DNA of 64,000 nt. It comes from Azolla caroliniana. Its lineage: Eukaryota; Plantae; Polypodiophyta. Location of the stretch: positions 13,020,001 through 13,084,000 of the forward strand of contig JBHGNT010000008.1 in the NCBI GenBank assembly GCA_043228905.1, read 5' to 3'. Below, piece after piece: positions 10,965-24,300 of the stretch. Position 1 is the first letter of the stretch; every line of letters begins with the position of its first letter. The notes under the pieces were generated by a model, which worked only from the letters and a program-made list of their open reading frames with translations, had not been told where the DNA came from and did no database searches. The position numbers and the translations under genes are program-made.

Positions 10965-13900
10965 TCGTGTAGCGGAAGTGCGTGAGCCAGAGAGCTACGC
11001 AGAAGCGGCTAAAGACGCGAATTGGCGTGCCGCGATGGAGGAAGAGATGCACGCATTGACGGAGAACGAGACCTTGGACCTGGTTGACGCACCAAGAGGG
11101 GTAAAACCGATCAGGTGTAGGTGGGTGTACAAAGTCAAGTACAACACCGATGGCTCGGTCAATCGGTACAAGGCTCGGCTAGTGGCAAAGGGCTACGCGC
11201 AGAAACACGGCATCGACTACGATGAGACGTTTGCGCCGATCGCGAAAATGACGACCGTCCGTGTTTTGCTCGCAGTAGCCGCGGCCAAGGGGTGGCACCT
11301 ACATCAAATGGATGTAAAGAATGCGTTCCTGCAAGGTGACCTTGAGGAACAGGTGTACATGGTACAACCCCCCGGATTTCACTCCGGAACGAACTCCTCG
11401 GCAGTATGCCGACTGAAGAAGTCCCTTTACGGATTGAAGCAAGCCCCGCGTGCCTGGAACGCGAAGATCACGCAACAACTACGTCAGATGGGCTTTGTCA
11501 CATCAAAATCAGACTCTTCCCTATTCATCCGGAAAGGTCGAGTCAGACCAGTTAGTATTTTACTATATGTTGATGACTTGGTCATCACTGGCGTCGACCT
11601 AGGTGAAATCGACCGCGTGAAGCTCCAGCTTGCGGCATCGTTCGACATGAAGGATCTGGGGGACCTTCATTACTTCCTCGGGATCGAAGTGATTCGTACC
11701 CCCGAAAGCATATTGATCAGCCAACGTCATTACGTGCTGGGTATGCTCTTCAAACTCGGGATGGCCGACTGTAAGTCCGTCTAGACTCCTCTGGACAGAA
11801 CCGTCAAGCTCCGTCTCGATACGGGAAAGGTATGCGACCCAACTAGGTTCCGACAAATTGTCGGAAGCCTCATATACTTGACCATCACCCGACCCGACCT
11901 CAGTTATCCGGTCGGAGTGATCAGTTAGTTCATGGCGCGACCTACCGAGGAGCACCTTCAGTGTGCACAACGCATACTTCGGTATGTCAACGGCACTAAG
12001 GACCGCGGACTGCTATATCGGACCGGTGCAGCCGAGCAGTTAGTCAGCTACACCGATGCTGATTGGGCTAGCAATGTTGCCGATCGCCGATCCACGTCTG
12101 GATACGCGTTCTCCCTCGGGAGTGCCACGATCGCGTGGAGCTGTAAGATGCAGCCGATAGTTGCACTGTTGAGCACCGAAGCTGGGTACCGAGGAGCGGT
12201 TGTCGCGACATGCGAAGCCATATGGTTGAAGCGGCTACTTAAGGACCTGCAAGAGGAGGTGTTAGATCCGACGACGATCTACTGCGACAACCTCAGCAGC
12301 ATCCAGCTCGCGAAAAACCCCGTTTTCCACGCACGGACCAAGCACATTGAGGTGCACTACCATTTCGTCCGTGAGCATGTCCTTTCCGGTGAAGTCGAAC
12401 TTCAGTATGTTCCGACAGACTGCCAACATCTTCACCAAGCCTCTTGGTCTGGACAAGTTGCGGCAATTCTCAGGTGCGCTCGGATTGCGTCCCCTCGACA
12501 TGCCGAACTTGAGGGGGAGAATAGTTCTGAACGACCAAGCAAGGCAGCAGGAAAGGAGCGGAGACCGCGACATCGAGTCGGTTGTCGAGTTCGACTTCGG
12601 ATCGGCTGAAGAAGCCGAGGACGAACCCGCGGAGAAGTCCGGAAGCGGACAAAAGTGGAGCAGCCGAAGGAGAGAGCCGAAGCCAACCACGCATGGGGGA
12701 GATGACGCCGTCGAGGGCGAGAAGACCAAAGACGAGTTGGAGACAACCAACTCGGACGAGAGTGAAAACCGATCGGAGGTAGCCGAGTCGGTTCAGATGT
12801 TTGATTCAGATACGCTGAATCAACCGAGGCCCAAGCGGAAGAAAAGGCAGCAGGAGAAGCGTCAACACCACAACAGCAGAAGAGCTGATAAGGGCCACAT
12901 GAGCAGACAAGACGACCGGAAGGGTCAAAGCGCGTGGAGTCGAACAGGTCGAGGAGCGCGAGCGAGGCGTAAAGCCAGGAGGAACCGGAGCTGTGAGCCC
13001 GAAGAGCCTCAAGTTGAGCTTGAGGGGGAGTGTTGAGAGACAAGCTCAACATCGGCCGGATCGGCTGAAGAAGTCAAGAACCGGATCGGTTGGGACCGAT
13101 CGGTTAGGCCGAGTGCGTAAACCGGGAGGTCGTTAGGAAAGATATTCCGTGAGGAATATATTTGGGAGTTAGTGTAGGAGCTCTTAATGAGCGTTGAAGT
13201 ATTGTCAGTACTTCAGTCAGTCCTTCTCGGACTTGTATAAAAGTTTTCATTGAACACACATATGTATAGAGTGGTGAATAGAGATTGTGTACTTCTGTTA
13301 TATATTTTCTGTGTCTTCTCTCTCACTCTCTCTGTCTCTCCCGCGTATACCGTGTAAGCTCAAGCTCTCCATTGAACCTGAGTTTCCTTCCTTCTGTTCG
13401 GTCTTCATACTTGCTTCCGCACGTTACTTTCTACAAAGACCTATTACACTTGAGAAGATTGAAGATTGTACACTTTCAGAAATAGATAAATAATTACAAG
13501 ATAGATGCGAAGAAGAAGAAATAGAAGCTTATATTATTGATGGTGATGATGATGGTTATATCATATTGAGCCCCCCCCTTACACAAGCCGTACTAGGGGT
13601 TTTATAGGTTTGTCCATGCACAAAACCATGGGCTTGGAGCCATGGTTTCTATGCACACAGTTTTCTTCGAGGTCACCATGTAGGAATGTTGTTTTGACAT
13701 CCAGTTGCTCTACCTTGTAGCCCATGCTTGCCGCTATGCTCAATACCGTCCGGATGGATGTCATCTTTACTACCGGGGCAAAGATCTAATCGAAATTCAC
13801 TCCTTTCTTCTGCTCGAAACCCTTCACCATGAACCAGACCTTGTACATCAGTGGATTTTTGGCATCTCTCGGTTTCAGCTTGTACACCCACTTTTCCTAG

Positions 13901-14793
13901 AGTGCCCTCTTTCCTTTCGGCAACTCTGTTAGTTCATATGTGTGGTTCGTATGTAGGGAATCCATCTCGTCCCGCATGGCACTCAACCACTTACGGTTGT
14001 GGGTGTCTTTCTTTGCTTCTTTGAAGCTTTCCGGCTCCCCCTCATCGGTCAGCAATATGTGGTTTGCATTCGGAAATGTCCGAGGGGCTCTTCTCTCCCT
14101 AAGAGGGAATCTTCGCCTTTGGTCTTCAACTACCAATTCCTCTGTTTGTTCTTCATCCGAATCTGATTCGGGGTCTTGTCTGGTTCTAGTGTCTCCTTCT
14201 TTTTCTTCTTCGGTCGGTTTAGTTTCCTGTCCAAAACCGGCCGGTTCATCGAGTGTCAATCTGTTACCATTTAACTTTCGGTTTTCCACCAACTAGGTTC
14301 TTGTGTCCTCAAACCGGTTTTCATTATATGATCAAGAGTTCTTCACCTTCTTCTCCGACTCCCAGTCGGCAATGCTCCTATCTTCTATGAAGACTATATC
14401 CTGACTCTGGAACGCCTTCTTGTCGACCAGGTTCCACACTCAATAACCAAACTTATCATCGCCATATCTAAGGAAAATGCAGGGCCACGATTTCGAATCC
14501 AACTTTGCTCTCTTGTCCATTGCAACATGCACATATGCAAGACATCCGAACACCTTCAGACGCCGGTAAGACACGTGTTTACCGGTCCATACTCTCTGTG
14601 GTGTGTCTTTATCCAAGGGTGCTAAGGGTGATCGGTTTATCACATGCGTCGTCGTCATTAGCGCCTTAGCCCAAAACGTCTTGGGTAGCTTTGCATGTGC
14701 CAACTTGCTCCGGACTCTCTCCATTATGGTTCGGTTCATATGTTCGGCCAGCGCGTTCAATTCCGGTGTCTTCGGCATGATGAATTCGAGACG

Positions 14794-15223
14794 GATTCCC
14801 TTTGACCAACAGTACTCCTTGAATTGCCCTCGGTATTCTCCTCCGTTATCTGCTCAAACCACCTTCTTCTTCCGGCCGGTTTCTCTTTCCACTCTCGCGT
14901 GGAGCTCCTTGAAGACGGACATCACCTGATGCCTCGTCTTCAACGGTGAGACCCACAACTTCCGGCTATGGTCGTCTATGAACGTCACGAAGTACTGCGA
15001 TTCGGCATGATTCCCTTCGACCAACAGTACTCCTTGAATTGCCCCCGGTATTCTCCTCCGTTATCTGCTCAAACCGCCTTCTACTTCCGGCCGGTTTCTC
15101 TTTCCACTCTCGCGTGGAGCTCCTTGAAGACGAACATCACCTGATGCCTCGTCTTCAACGGTGAGACCCACAACTTCCGGCTATGGTCGTCTATGAACGT
15201 CACGAAGTACTGCGATTCGGCAT
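14794..15223. repeat. ~215-bp tandem duplication in the integrase of E
   Basis: GATTCCCTT..GATTCGGCAT occurs at 14794 and again at 15009. Confidence 0.9.
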
Positions 15224-16314
15224 GTGACTTCGTGTACACTTGACACACATCGGTATACACAAGTTCCAATGGTGCATTCCGTCTCATCGGTGGTCTTGAC
15301 TGAAACGAGGTTCGGTTTTGCTTGCCGGCCAAGCAGTTAGTGAACTTCTCAAGATGCATGTCTTTGACCTCCGGAATGAGGTTGTCTTCGGCAAGTCTTC
15401 TCATCCCCTTCTGGCTCATATGACATAGTCTCTTGTGCCACAACTCTTCGGTAGTATCGGATGCTACATTCACTTCTTCACGGCATATCCGGGCCTACAT
15501 CAGGTAGAAGGTATTGATCTTCCAGGCTCAAGCCACAATCAGGCTTCCTTTGTTGAATTTCATGACTCCATTCTGGATGCTACCCATGTAGCCTTCATCA
15601 TCTAGCCAACCGGCGGATATCAGGCTCAACCGAACCTCCGGAACGTGTCGGACATCCTTCAGCAGCACCCGGTTGATGTCGTCAAGCACACATGTCCTAT
15701 GCCAACGATTCGACAAGTACCTTCATTCCCCATCCGGATACAACCATGATCTCCAGTTGTGTAGGATGAGAAGCATTTCCAGTCAGGTGTCAGATGGAAC
15801 AATGCTCGGGAATCAACGACCCATGTTGTCTCGTCGCCGACAAGGCTTACCTCATTCTCCTCAATAATGACCATCAGTTCTTCTTCACTTGTCGTGATTG
15901 CCGACGTTCCCTTCCGATCTGAACCCTGCGAAGAAGAAGAAGAAAAATACAAAACTACGAGATATCCCACATAGACAAGACAAATATGACAGGAATACAC
16001 GCTCCTGATAAACAACGCTCGGCCACACTCGAGTCTAGGATCAAACACAGAAAGACAGGCAATGTACGCACGACACAATGAAGAGGAGTACACAGGATGT
16101 TAACGTGGAAAACCGGGCAATGTACGCACGACACAATGAAGAGAAGAGTACACAGGATGTTAACGTGGAAAACCCAAACTAGGGAAAAACCACGGCAACC
16201 CACAGACTGCAAACTATCACTATATCACAATGTACAATAGTAAAGCACCGAGGCAACGACCTCGAGCTTGCTATCTTCACCACAGGCGGCGGTTACAATA
16301 GAGGCAACGACCTC

Positions 16315-16348
<34 letters not shown>

Positions 16349-18552
16349 CACAGTTACGCACTCAAATCTTGCACCAACAAGAATAACAACAACAACTACT
16401 AAGTTTGCCCCAAGTCATATTTATACTAATATGACTTTTCGGCCATTTACAAATATAGTCCTAATGGACTCTCAGAAATATATTTACGAATATGTCCCTT
16501 CATCCGGTGAGCACTTCTCACCGGGCCTGCATCATCCAGCTCTTGCCGGGCACTCGTCATCCGGTTCTCACCGGGCCTTCACCATCCGGCTCTTGCCGGG
16601 TACTCCACATCCAGTTCTCACCGAGTCTTCTGTTGCCGGGTACTTCACATCCGGTTCTCACCGGGTCTTCCGTTGTCGGATACTCCACATCCGGTTCTCA
16701 CCGGGTCTTCTGTTGCTGGGTACTCCTATCCCATCCGGGGGGATCTGTTTCCTAACAAACTCCCCCTTCATTCCGGCATGGATGTCTTACTAGTCCGATC
16801 CGCTTCCGACATGCATCCAGCTTGTCGGGTATCACTACTTTGGTCAGCATATCTGACCCGTACTCGTCCGTGTGAATCTTCGTCAGCGCGAACTCTCGAT
16901 CTTCTACTCGCTCCCGAATCCAGTGATACCTATGTTGGATGTGTTTCGTCCTGGAGTTGTACACTTCATTCTTAGCAAGGTGGATGGCACTTTGACTATC
17001 GCAATAGAGCCAGTATTCATCTTGCCGGATACCGAGCTCTCCGATGAAATCCTTCATCCATAATATTTCCTTGCCGACTTCAACAGCCGCCATGTACTCC
17101 GCCTCCGTGGTTGACAACGCAACCGTCTTCTGCAGCCTCGACTGCCACGAAACAACTCCCCCTGCATATGTCATTACATACCCGGATGTAGACCGGTTGG
17201 TATCCACATCAGCCGACATATCCGAATCGGTAAAGCCGTCAAGTTGAGGTTTACCATAGCCGAATCAGGGACACATATTCGAAGTGCCCTTCAAGTACCG
17301 GAGTATCCATTTGACCGCGTTCCAGTCCTCCTTGTTGGGATTGCTCATAAATCGGCTCACCACTCCGACTGCGTATCCAATATCCGGCCGAGTACACACC
17401 ATTGCGTAATCCAAGCTCTCGACGGTAGAGGCATATGGAACCTTCATCATATCTGCCTTCTCTTCTTTCGTCTTCGGGCTTTGCTTACCGGATAATCTGC
17501 AGTTCGATGGAAGTGTCGATCTGACCGCTTTCGCTTCTAGCATGTTGAAACATTGAAGCACCTTTGTCACGTATTTCTTGACGGGAATTGGTCGTTCCTT
17601 ATGCGCAACGCTCGGCCACAACCGAGCTTAGAATTATACACAGAAAACAGGAAATAAGACGCGACACTAAGAAGAAGAAAAATACACAGGAGGTTTACGT
17701 GGAAAACCCCAAACTAGGGGAAAAACCACGGCAACCCACAGACTGCAAACTATCACTATGTAGGAATGTACAAAAAAAAACAGTGAGTTCATGGAGGAAA
17801 TGATCTCGTACTCACGATCTTCGCCACAGGCGGCGGTTACCACAGAGGCAGCGACCTCTACTTTGTTGAACACGGTGCTCGGCCACAATCGAGGAATAGG
17901 ATCAACTCACAGAAAATAGGAAATACAAAGTACACGAAGACAATAGAGAGAAAAAGTACACAGGATGTTTTGCGTGGAAAACCCTAAATGGGAAAAACCA
18001 CGGAAGTCCTCAAACTCCAACTATCACTATGAACAGAGATGTACAATGGTGAAGCCACAAGGCAACAACCTTGAGCTCACTGTCTTCGCCACAGACGGCG
18101 GTAATACACAGAGGCAACGACCTCTTCGTCTTTCTCACTCTCTCTCTCTCTCTCTCTCTCTCTCGGCTGCTCTCTTCACTCTCTCTAAGTGGAAAACAGA
18201 AAATGAGCAACAACACAAAACTGTTTGCCCTAAGTCATATTTATACACATATGACTTTCGGAATATTTACAAATATAGCCTCAAGGGCCCTTGGCAAACA
18301 TATTCACAAATATGTCCCCGCATCCGGATCTCTCTCCGGGTACATTCATCATCCGGCTCCGTAGCCGGGGTCTTCGTCATCCGGCTCCGTAGCCGGGTCT
18401 TCGTCATCCGGCTCCGTAACCGGGGTCTTCATCATCCGGCTCCGTAACCGGGTACTCTTCATCATCCGGTTCCGTAACCGCAACCAGGCCTGCCGTCATT
18501 CATCTCCGGACATCCCATCCGGAGGGACCGAAAATCCCAACAAACTCCCCCT

Positions 18553-20640
18553 TCACTTCGGCATGGGATGTCTCTCCAATCCGATCCTCTTCCGGCATGC
18601 TTCCAGCTTGTCAGGTGTAAGTACCTTGGTCAGCATATCCGACCCGTTCTCGTCCGTGTGGATCTTCGTCAGCACGAACTCCTTGTCTTCTATCCTTTCC
18701 CGGATCCAGTGGTATCTACGCTGGATGTGCTTCGTCCGGGAGTGATAGGCCGCATTCTTCGCAAGGTGGATGGCACTCTGACTGTCGCAGTAGAGTCGGT
18801 ACTCCTCCTGCCGGATACCGAGCTCTCTAATGAAGTCCTTCATCCATATTATTTCCTTGCCGGCTTCAACGGCCGCCATGTACTCCGCCTCCGTGGTTGA
18901 CAACGCAACCGTCTTCTGCAGCCTCGACTGCCACGAAACAACTCCCCCTGCATACGTCATCACATACCCTGATGTGGATCGGCTGGTATCTGCATCAGCC
19001 GACATATCCGAATCGGTAAAGCCGTCGAGTTCGGGCTTTCCGGAGCCGAATCGGAGGCACACGTTTGCCGTGCCCTTCAGGTATCGGAGTATCCACTTGA
19101 CCGCGTTCCAGTGCTCTTTGCCGGGATTGCTAATGTACCGGCTCACCACTCCGACTGCGTATCCTATGTCCGGTCTTGTACACACCATTGCGTACATCAA
19201 GCTTCCGACGGCTGAGGCATACGGCACTTTCATCATATCCTCCATTTCAGCCTTTGTCTTGGGACTTTGCTTGTTGGACAGCTTGCAGTTTGCCGGGAGG
19301 GTCGATCCGACCGGCCTTGCTTCCGACATGTTGAACCGTTTAAGCACCTTTGTCACGTACTTCTCCTGTGACAGCCACAACTGCTTCTTGCTCCGGTCCC
19401 GGATGATGTGCATCCCTAGTATTTGTCTCGTCGGACCCAAGTCCTTCATTGAGAAGGTTCGGTGAAGAGCCTTCTTCAGCATCCGTATCTTGACCTGGTC
19501 CCGTCCGACGATCAACATGTCGTCCACGTACAGGAGGAGTATTAGAAAGTCTCCTCCTTCGAACTTCTTCACAAACACGCAGTGATCGGACTGCGTTTTG
19601 TGGTACCCTTCGTCGGTCATGAAGGAGTCGAACTTCCGGTACCACTGCCGGGGAGCCTGCTTCAGTCCGTAAAGGCTCTTCTTCAACCGGCATACCAGGT
19701 GCTCCTTCCCTTTCTTCTCGAATCCTTCCGGTTGCTGCATGTAGATCTCTTCTTCGAGGTCACCGTGAAGGAATGCCGTCTTCACGTCCATCTGTTCTAC
19801 CTCGAGGTCCATGCTTGCCGCTATGCTCAGCACCGTCCGGATGGAGGTCATCTTCACTACCGGGGCAAATATCTCGTCGAAGTCGACGCCCTTCTTCTGC
19901 TGAAACCCCTTCACCACGATCCTGGCTTTGTATCTCGGGGGTTTTCCGGCATCTCCCGGTTTCAGCTTGAACACCCACTTGTTTCGAAGTGCACGCTTTC
20001 CTTTCGGCAACTCCACAAGTTCATATGTGTGGTTCTCATGCAGGGAATCCATCTCCTCCTGCATGGCACTTAACCACCTGCGGCTATGGGTGTCAAGCTT
20101 TGCTTCTTCAAAACTCTCCGGCTCCCCCTCGTCGGTTAGCAGCACGTGCTCTGGTTCCGGAAATCTCCGGGGGGCCCTTCTCTCTCTTAGAGGATATCTC
20201 CATTCTGGAGCTTCGGTAACCGGCTCCTCCGTTTCCTCTTCATCCGAATCCATTTCGGGATCGGGGCCGGTTCCGGTATCAGTTTCATCTTCCTCGGCCG
20301 GTTCTGTTTCTTCACCGTCTTCGGCCGGATCCTCGAGTGCTAACCGGTCCCTTGCCGGTCGGGACTGCTCCTCGTAGAGTTGATCCTCACCGGACAACTT
20401 GGAGCTCTTCATCTTCTTCTCCGACTCCCAGTCGGCGAGTGTCTTGCCCTCCATGAAGACGATATCTCGACTCCTGAATATCTTCTTGTCGACCGGGTCC
20501 CATACTCGGTAGCCGAACTCGTTGTCGCCGTATCCGAGGAATATGCATGGCCGGGTCTTTGGATCTAACTTTCCTCTCTGGTCCTTTGCCACATGCACGT
20601 ATGCGAGACACCCGAACACCTTCAGATGCCGGTAGGACAC
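18553..20640 (-). pseudogene. pol: IN C-terminus, RT and RNase H of A (open frame, separated from its 5' part by F)
   Basis: YVDDMLIVG and GFTDSDMSAD motifs; nearly identical to the F protein. Confidence 0.9.
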
Positions 20641-21352
20641 TGTTGTGAATCCACGCACGGATTCACCTTCACCGTTCGGCCACAGCCGAGAAATCACGAA
20701 TCAATGCAGCAGAAAATAGGAAACACAGAGACAGACACGATAACACAGGGATTAACGTGGGAAACCCTATACGGGGAAAAACCACGGGAGTCCTCAAACT
20801 CCAACTATCACTATAAACAGAGATGTACAATGGTGAAGCTACAAGGCAACGACCTTGAGCTCACTGTCTTCGCCACAGGCGGCGGTAATACACAGAGGCA
20901 ACGACCTCTTCGTCTTTCTCACTCTCTCTCACTCTCGGCTGCTCTCTCTTGGCATAAAAATAAGCAACAACTTACAGCACTCACAAACAGTTTGCCCTAA
21001 GTCATATTTATACACATATAACTTTCAGGCTATTTACAAATATAGCCACAAGGGCCCTTGGCAAACATATTCACAAATATGTCCCCGCATCCGGATCTCT
21101 CTCCGGGTACATACATCATCCGGCTCCGGAGCCGGGTCTTCGTCATCCGGCTTCACAGCCGGGTCTTCATCATCCGGCTCCGTAGCGGGGTCTTCGTCAT
21201 CCGGCTCCGTAGCCGGGGTCTTCGTCATCCGGCTCCGTAACCGGGGTCTTCATCATCCGGCTCCGTAGCCGGGGTCTTCGTCATCCGGCTTGCCGTCATT
21301 CATCTCCGGACATCCCATCCGGAGGGACCGTAAATCCCAACAAACTCCCCCT

Positions 21353-24300
21353 TCACTTCGGCATGGGATGTCTCTCCAATCCGATCCTCTTCCGACATGC
21401 TTCCAGCTTGTCGGGTGTAAGTACCTTAGTCAGCATATCCGACCCGTTCTCGTCCGTGTGGATCTTCGTCAGCACGAACTCCTTGTCTTCTATCCTTTCC
21501 CGGATCCAGTGGTATCTACGCTGGATGTGCTTCGTCCGGGAGTGATAGGCCGCATTCTTCGCAAGGTGGATGGCACTCTGACTGTCGCAGTAGAGTCGGT
21601 ACTCCTCCTGCCGGATACCGAGCTCTCTAATGAAGTCTTTCATCCATATTATTTCCTTGCCAGCTTCAACAGCCGCCATGTACTCCGCCTCCGTGGTTGA
21701 CAGTGCAACCGTCTTCTGCAGCCTCGACTGCCATGAAACAGCTCCCCCTGCATACATCATCACGTACCCTGATGTGGACCGGCTGGTATCTACATCAGCC
21801 GACATATCCGAATCGGTAAATCCATCGAGTTCGGGCTTACCGGAGCCGAATCGGAGGCACATGTTTGCCGTGCCCTTCAGGTATCGGAGTATCCATTTGA
21901 CCGCGTTCCAATGCTCTTTGCCGGGATTGCTCATGTACCGGCTCACCACTCCGACTGCATATCCTATGTCCGGTCGGGTACACACCATCGCGTACATCAA
22001 GCTCCCGACGGCAGAGGCATATGGTACTTTCATCATGTCCTCCTTCTCAGCCTTTGTCTTGGGGCTTTGCTTGCTGGACAGCTTGCAGTTTGCCGGGAGT
22101 GTTGACCCCACCAGTCCTGCTTCCGACATGTTGAAACGGTGAAGCACCTTTGTCACGTACTTCTCCTGTGACAACCACAACTGCTTCTTCTTCCGGTCCC
22201 GGATGATGTGCATCCCTAGTATTTGCCTCGCCGGACCCAGGTCCTTCATTGAGAAGGTTCGGTGAAGAGCCTTCTTCAGCATCCGTATCTTGACCCGGTC
22301 TCGTCCGACGATCAACATGTCGTCCACGTACAGGAGGAGTATTAGAAAGTCTCCTCCTTCGAACTTCTTCACAAACACGCAGTGATCGGTCTGCGTTTTG
22401 TGGTACCCTTCGTCTGTCATGAAGGAGTCGAACTTCCGGTACCATTGCCGGGGAGCCTGCTTCAGACCGTAGAGGCTCTTCTTCAACCGGCATACCAGGT
22501 GCTCCTTTCCTTTCTTCTCGAATCCTTCCGGTTGCTGCATGTAGATCTCTTCTTCGAGGTCACCGTGAAGGAATGCCGTCTTCACGTCCATCTGTTCTAC
22601 CTCGAGGTCTATGCTTGCCGCTATGCTCAGCACCGTCCGGATGGAGGTCATCTTCACTACCGGGGCAAATATCTCGTCGAAGTCGACGCCCTTCTTCTGC
22701 TGGAACCCCTTCACCACGATCCTGGCTTTGTATCTCGGGGGGTTTCCGGCATCTCCCGGTTTCAGCTTGAACACCCACTTGTTTCGAAGTGCCCTCTTTC
22801 CTTTCGGCAACTCCACAAGTTCATATGTGTGGTTCTCATGCAGGGAATCCATCTCCTCCTGCATGGCACTTAACCACCTGCGGCTATGAGTGTCAAGCTT
22901 TGCTTCTTCAAAACTCTCCGGCTCCCCCTCGTCGGTTAGTAGCACGTGCTCTGGTTCCGGAAATCTCCGGGGGGCCCTTCTCTCTCTTAGAGGATATCTC
23001 CGTTCCGGAGCTTCGGTAACCGGTTCTTCCGATTCTTCTTCATCCGAATCCATTTCGGAATCGGGGCCGATTCCGGTATCATTTTCATCTTCTTCGGCCG
23101 GTTCTGTTTCTTCACTGTCTTCGGCCGGATCTTCGAGTGTTAACCGGTCCCTTGCCGGTCGGGACTGCTCCTCGTAGAGTTGATTCTCACCGGTCGACTT
23201 GGAGCTCTTCATCTTCTTCTCCGACTCCCAGTCGGCGAGTGTCTTGTCCTCCATGAAGATGATATCTCGACTCCTGAATATCTTCTTGTCGACCGGGTCC
23301 CATACTCGGTAGCCGAACTCGTCGTCGCCGTAACCGAGGAATATGCATGGCCGGGTCTTTGGATCTAACTTTCCTCTCCGGTCCTTTGCCACATGCACGT
23401 ATGCGAGACACCCGAACACCTTCAGATGCCGGTAAGATACTTCCCTACCGGTCCACACTCTCTGCGGCGTGTCTCCGTCCAAAGGTACTGAGGGTGATCT
23501 GTTTATCACGTATGTCGCCGTCGACATTGCCTCAGCCCAGAACCCCTTGGGTAATTTCGCATGCGCCAGCATACTCCGGACCCTCTCCATTATGGTCCGG
23601 TTCATCCTCTCGGCTAGCCCGTTCAATTCCGGCGTCTTCGGCACAGTAAACTCGAGCCGGATTCCCTTCGAGCGACAGTACTCCTGGAACTGCCCCTGGT
23701 ATTCCCCTCCGTTATCCGCTCGTATCGTTTTCAGCTTCTTGCCGGATTCCCTTTCCACTCTCGCGTGGAGTTCTTTGAAGACGCCCAACACTTGGTCCTT
23801 TGTCTTCAACGGTGCCGTCCACAGCTTCCGGCTGTGATCATCTATGAATGTTACGAAGTAATGGGCTCCGCCATGTGACTTCGTTTCTACTTGACACACG
23901 TCAGTGTGCACCAGCTCCAATGGTGCGCTACGTCTCGTCGGTGGCCTTGAGTGGAAGGAGGTCCTGTTTTGCTTACCGGCCAGGCAGTCGGTGCACTTCT
24001 CCAGGTGCACATGCTTCACTGGAATAAGGTTGTCTTCTGCAAGCCTCTTCATCCCCTTCTCACTCATGTGACACAGTCTCTTGTGCCACAGCTCACCGGC
24101 AGTATCGGCTGCCACGTTCAGCTCCTCCGGACATAGCCGGGAATTCATCAGGTACATTGTGTTGACCTTCCGGGCCCGAGCCACTATCAGGCTCCCTTTG
24201 CTGAACTTCATGACACCGTTCCGGATGCTACCCGTGTAGCCTTCATCATCTAGCCTCCCGGCTGAGATCAGGTTCAATCGGACCTCCGGAACGTGTCGAA

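Larger units (their letters stand above)
7364..13030 (+). pseudogene. Gag-PR-IN-RT-RH polyprotein of I, with stops and frameshifts, split by solo LTR J
   Basis: CWYCGKKGHRDSEC knuckle, WYVDSGASNHM, WHKRIGH, LRSDGGKEY, LLYVDDLV and RTKHIEVHYH. Confidence 0.9.
6887..13435 (+). mobile_element. Full-length defective Copia I (Ale-like; lineage uncertain), LTRs 6887-7291 and 13031-13435
   Basis: TSD AAGAC on both sides. 405-bp TG..CA LTRs. tRNA-iMet PBS TGGTATCAGAGC at 7292 and PPT GAGGGGGAG at 13022-13030. Confidence 0.95.
4406..13659 (-). mobile_element. Non-autonomous gag-only Gypsy H: 3' LTR 4406-5069, internal 5070-6763, 5' LTR 6764-6886 plus 13441-13659 (truncated)
   Basis: TGTCG..CGACA termini. 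The two LTR copies are near-identical. tRNA-Trp PBS at 6740-6757 and PPT at 5070-5081. No pol motifs. Confidence 0.85.
3307..15926 (-). mobile_element. Decayed Tork/Tnt1-like Copia E (RH/RT 3320-4405; RT/IN/PR 13660-15926); gag and 5' LTR deleted; interrupted by H
   Basis: PPT complement CTCCCCCT at 3311. Peptides VDDMLIVG, YAMVCTRPDI, WHKRLCHMS and WVVDSRALFH, with many stops and frameshifts. Confidence 0.85.
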
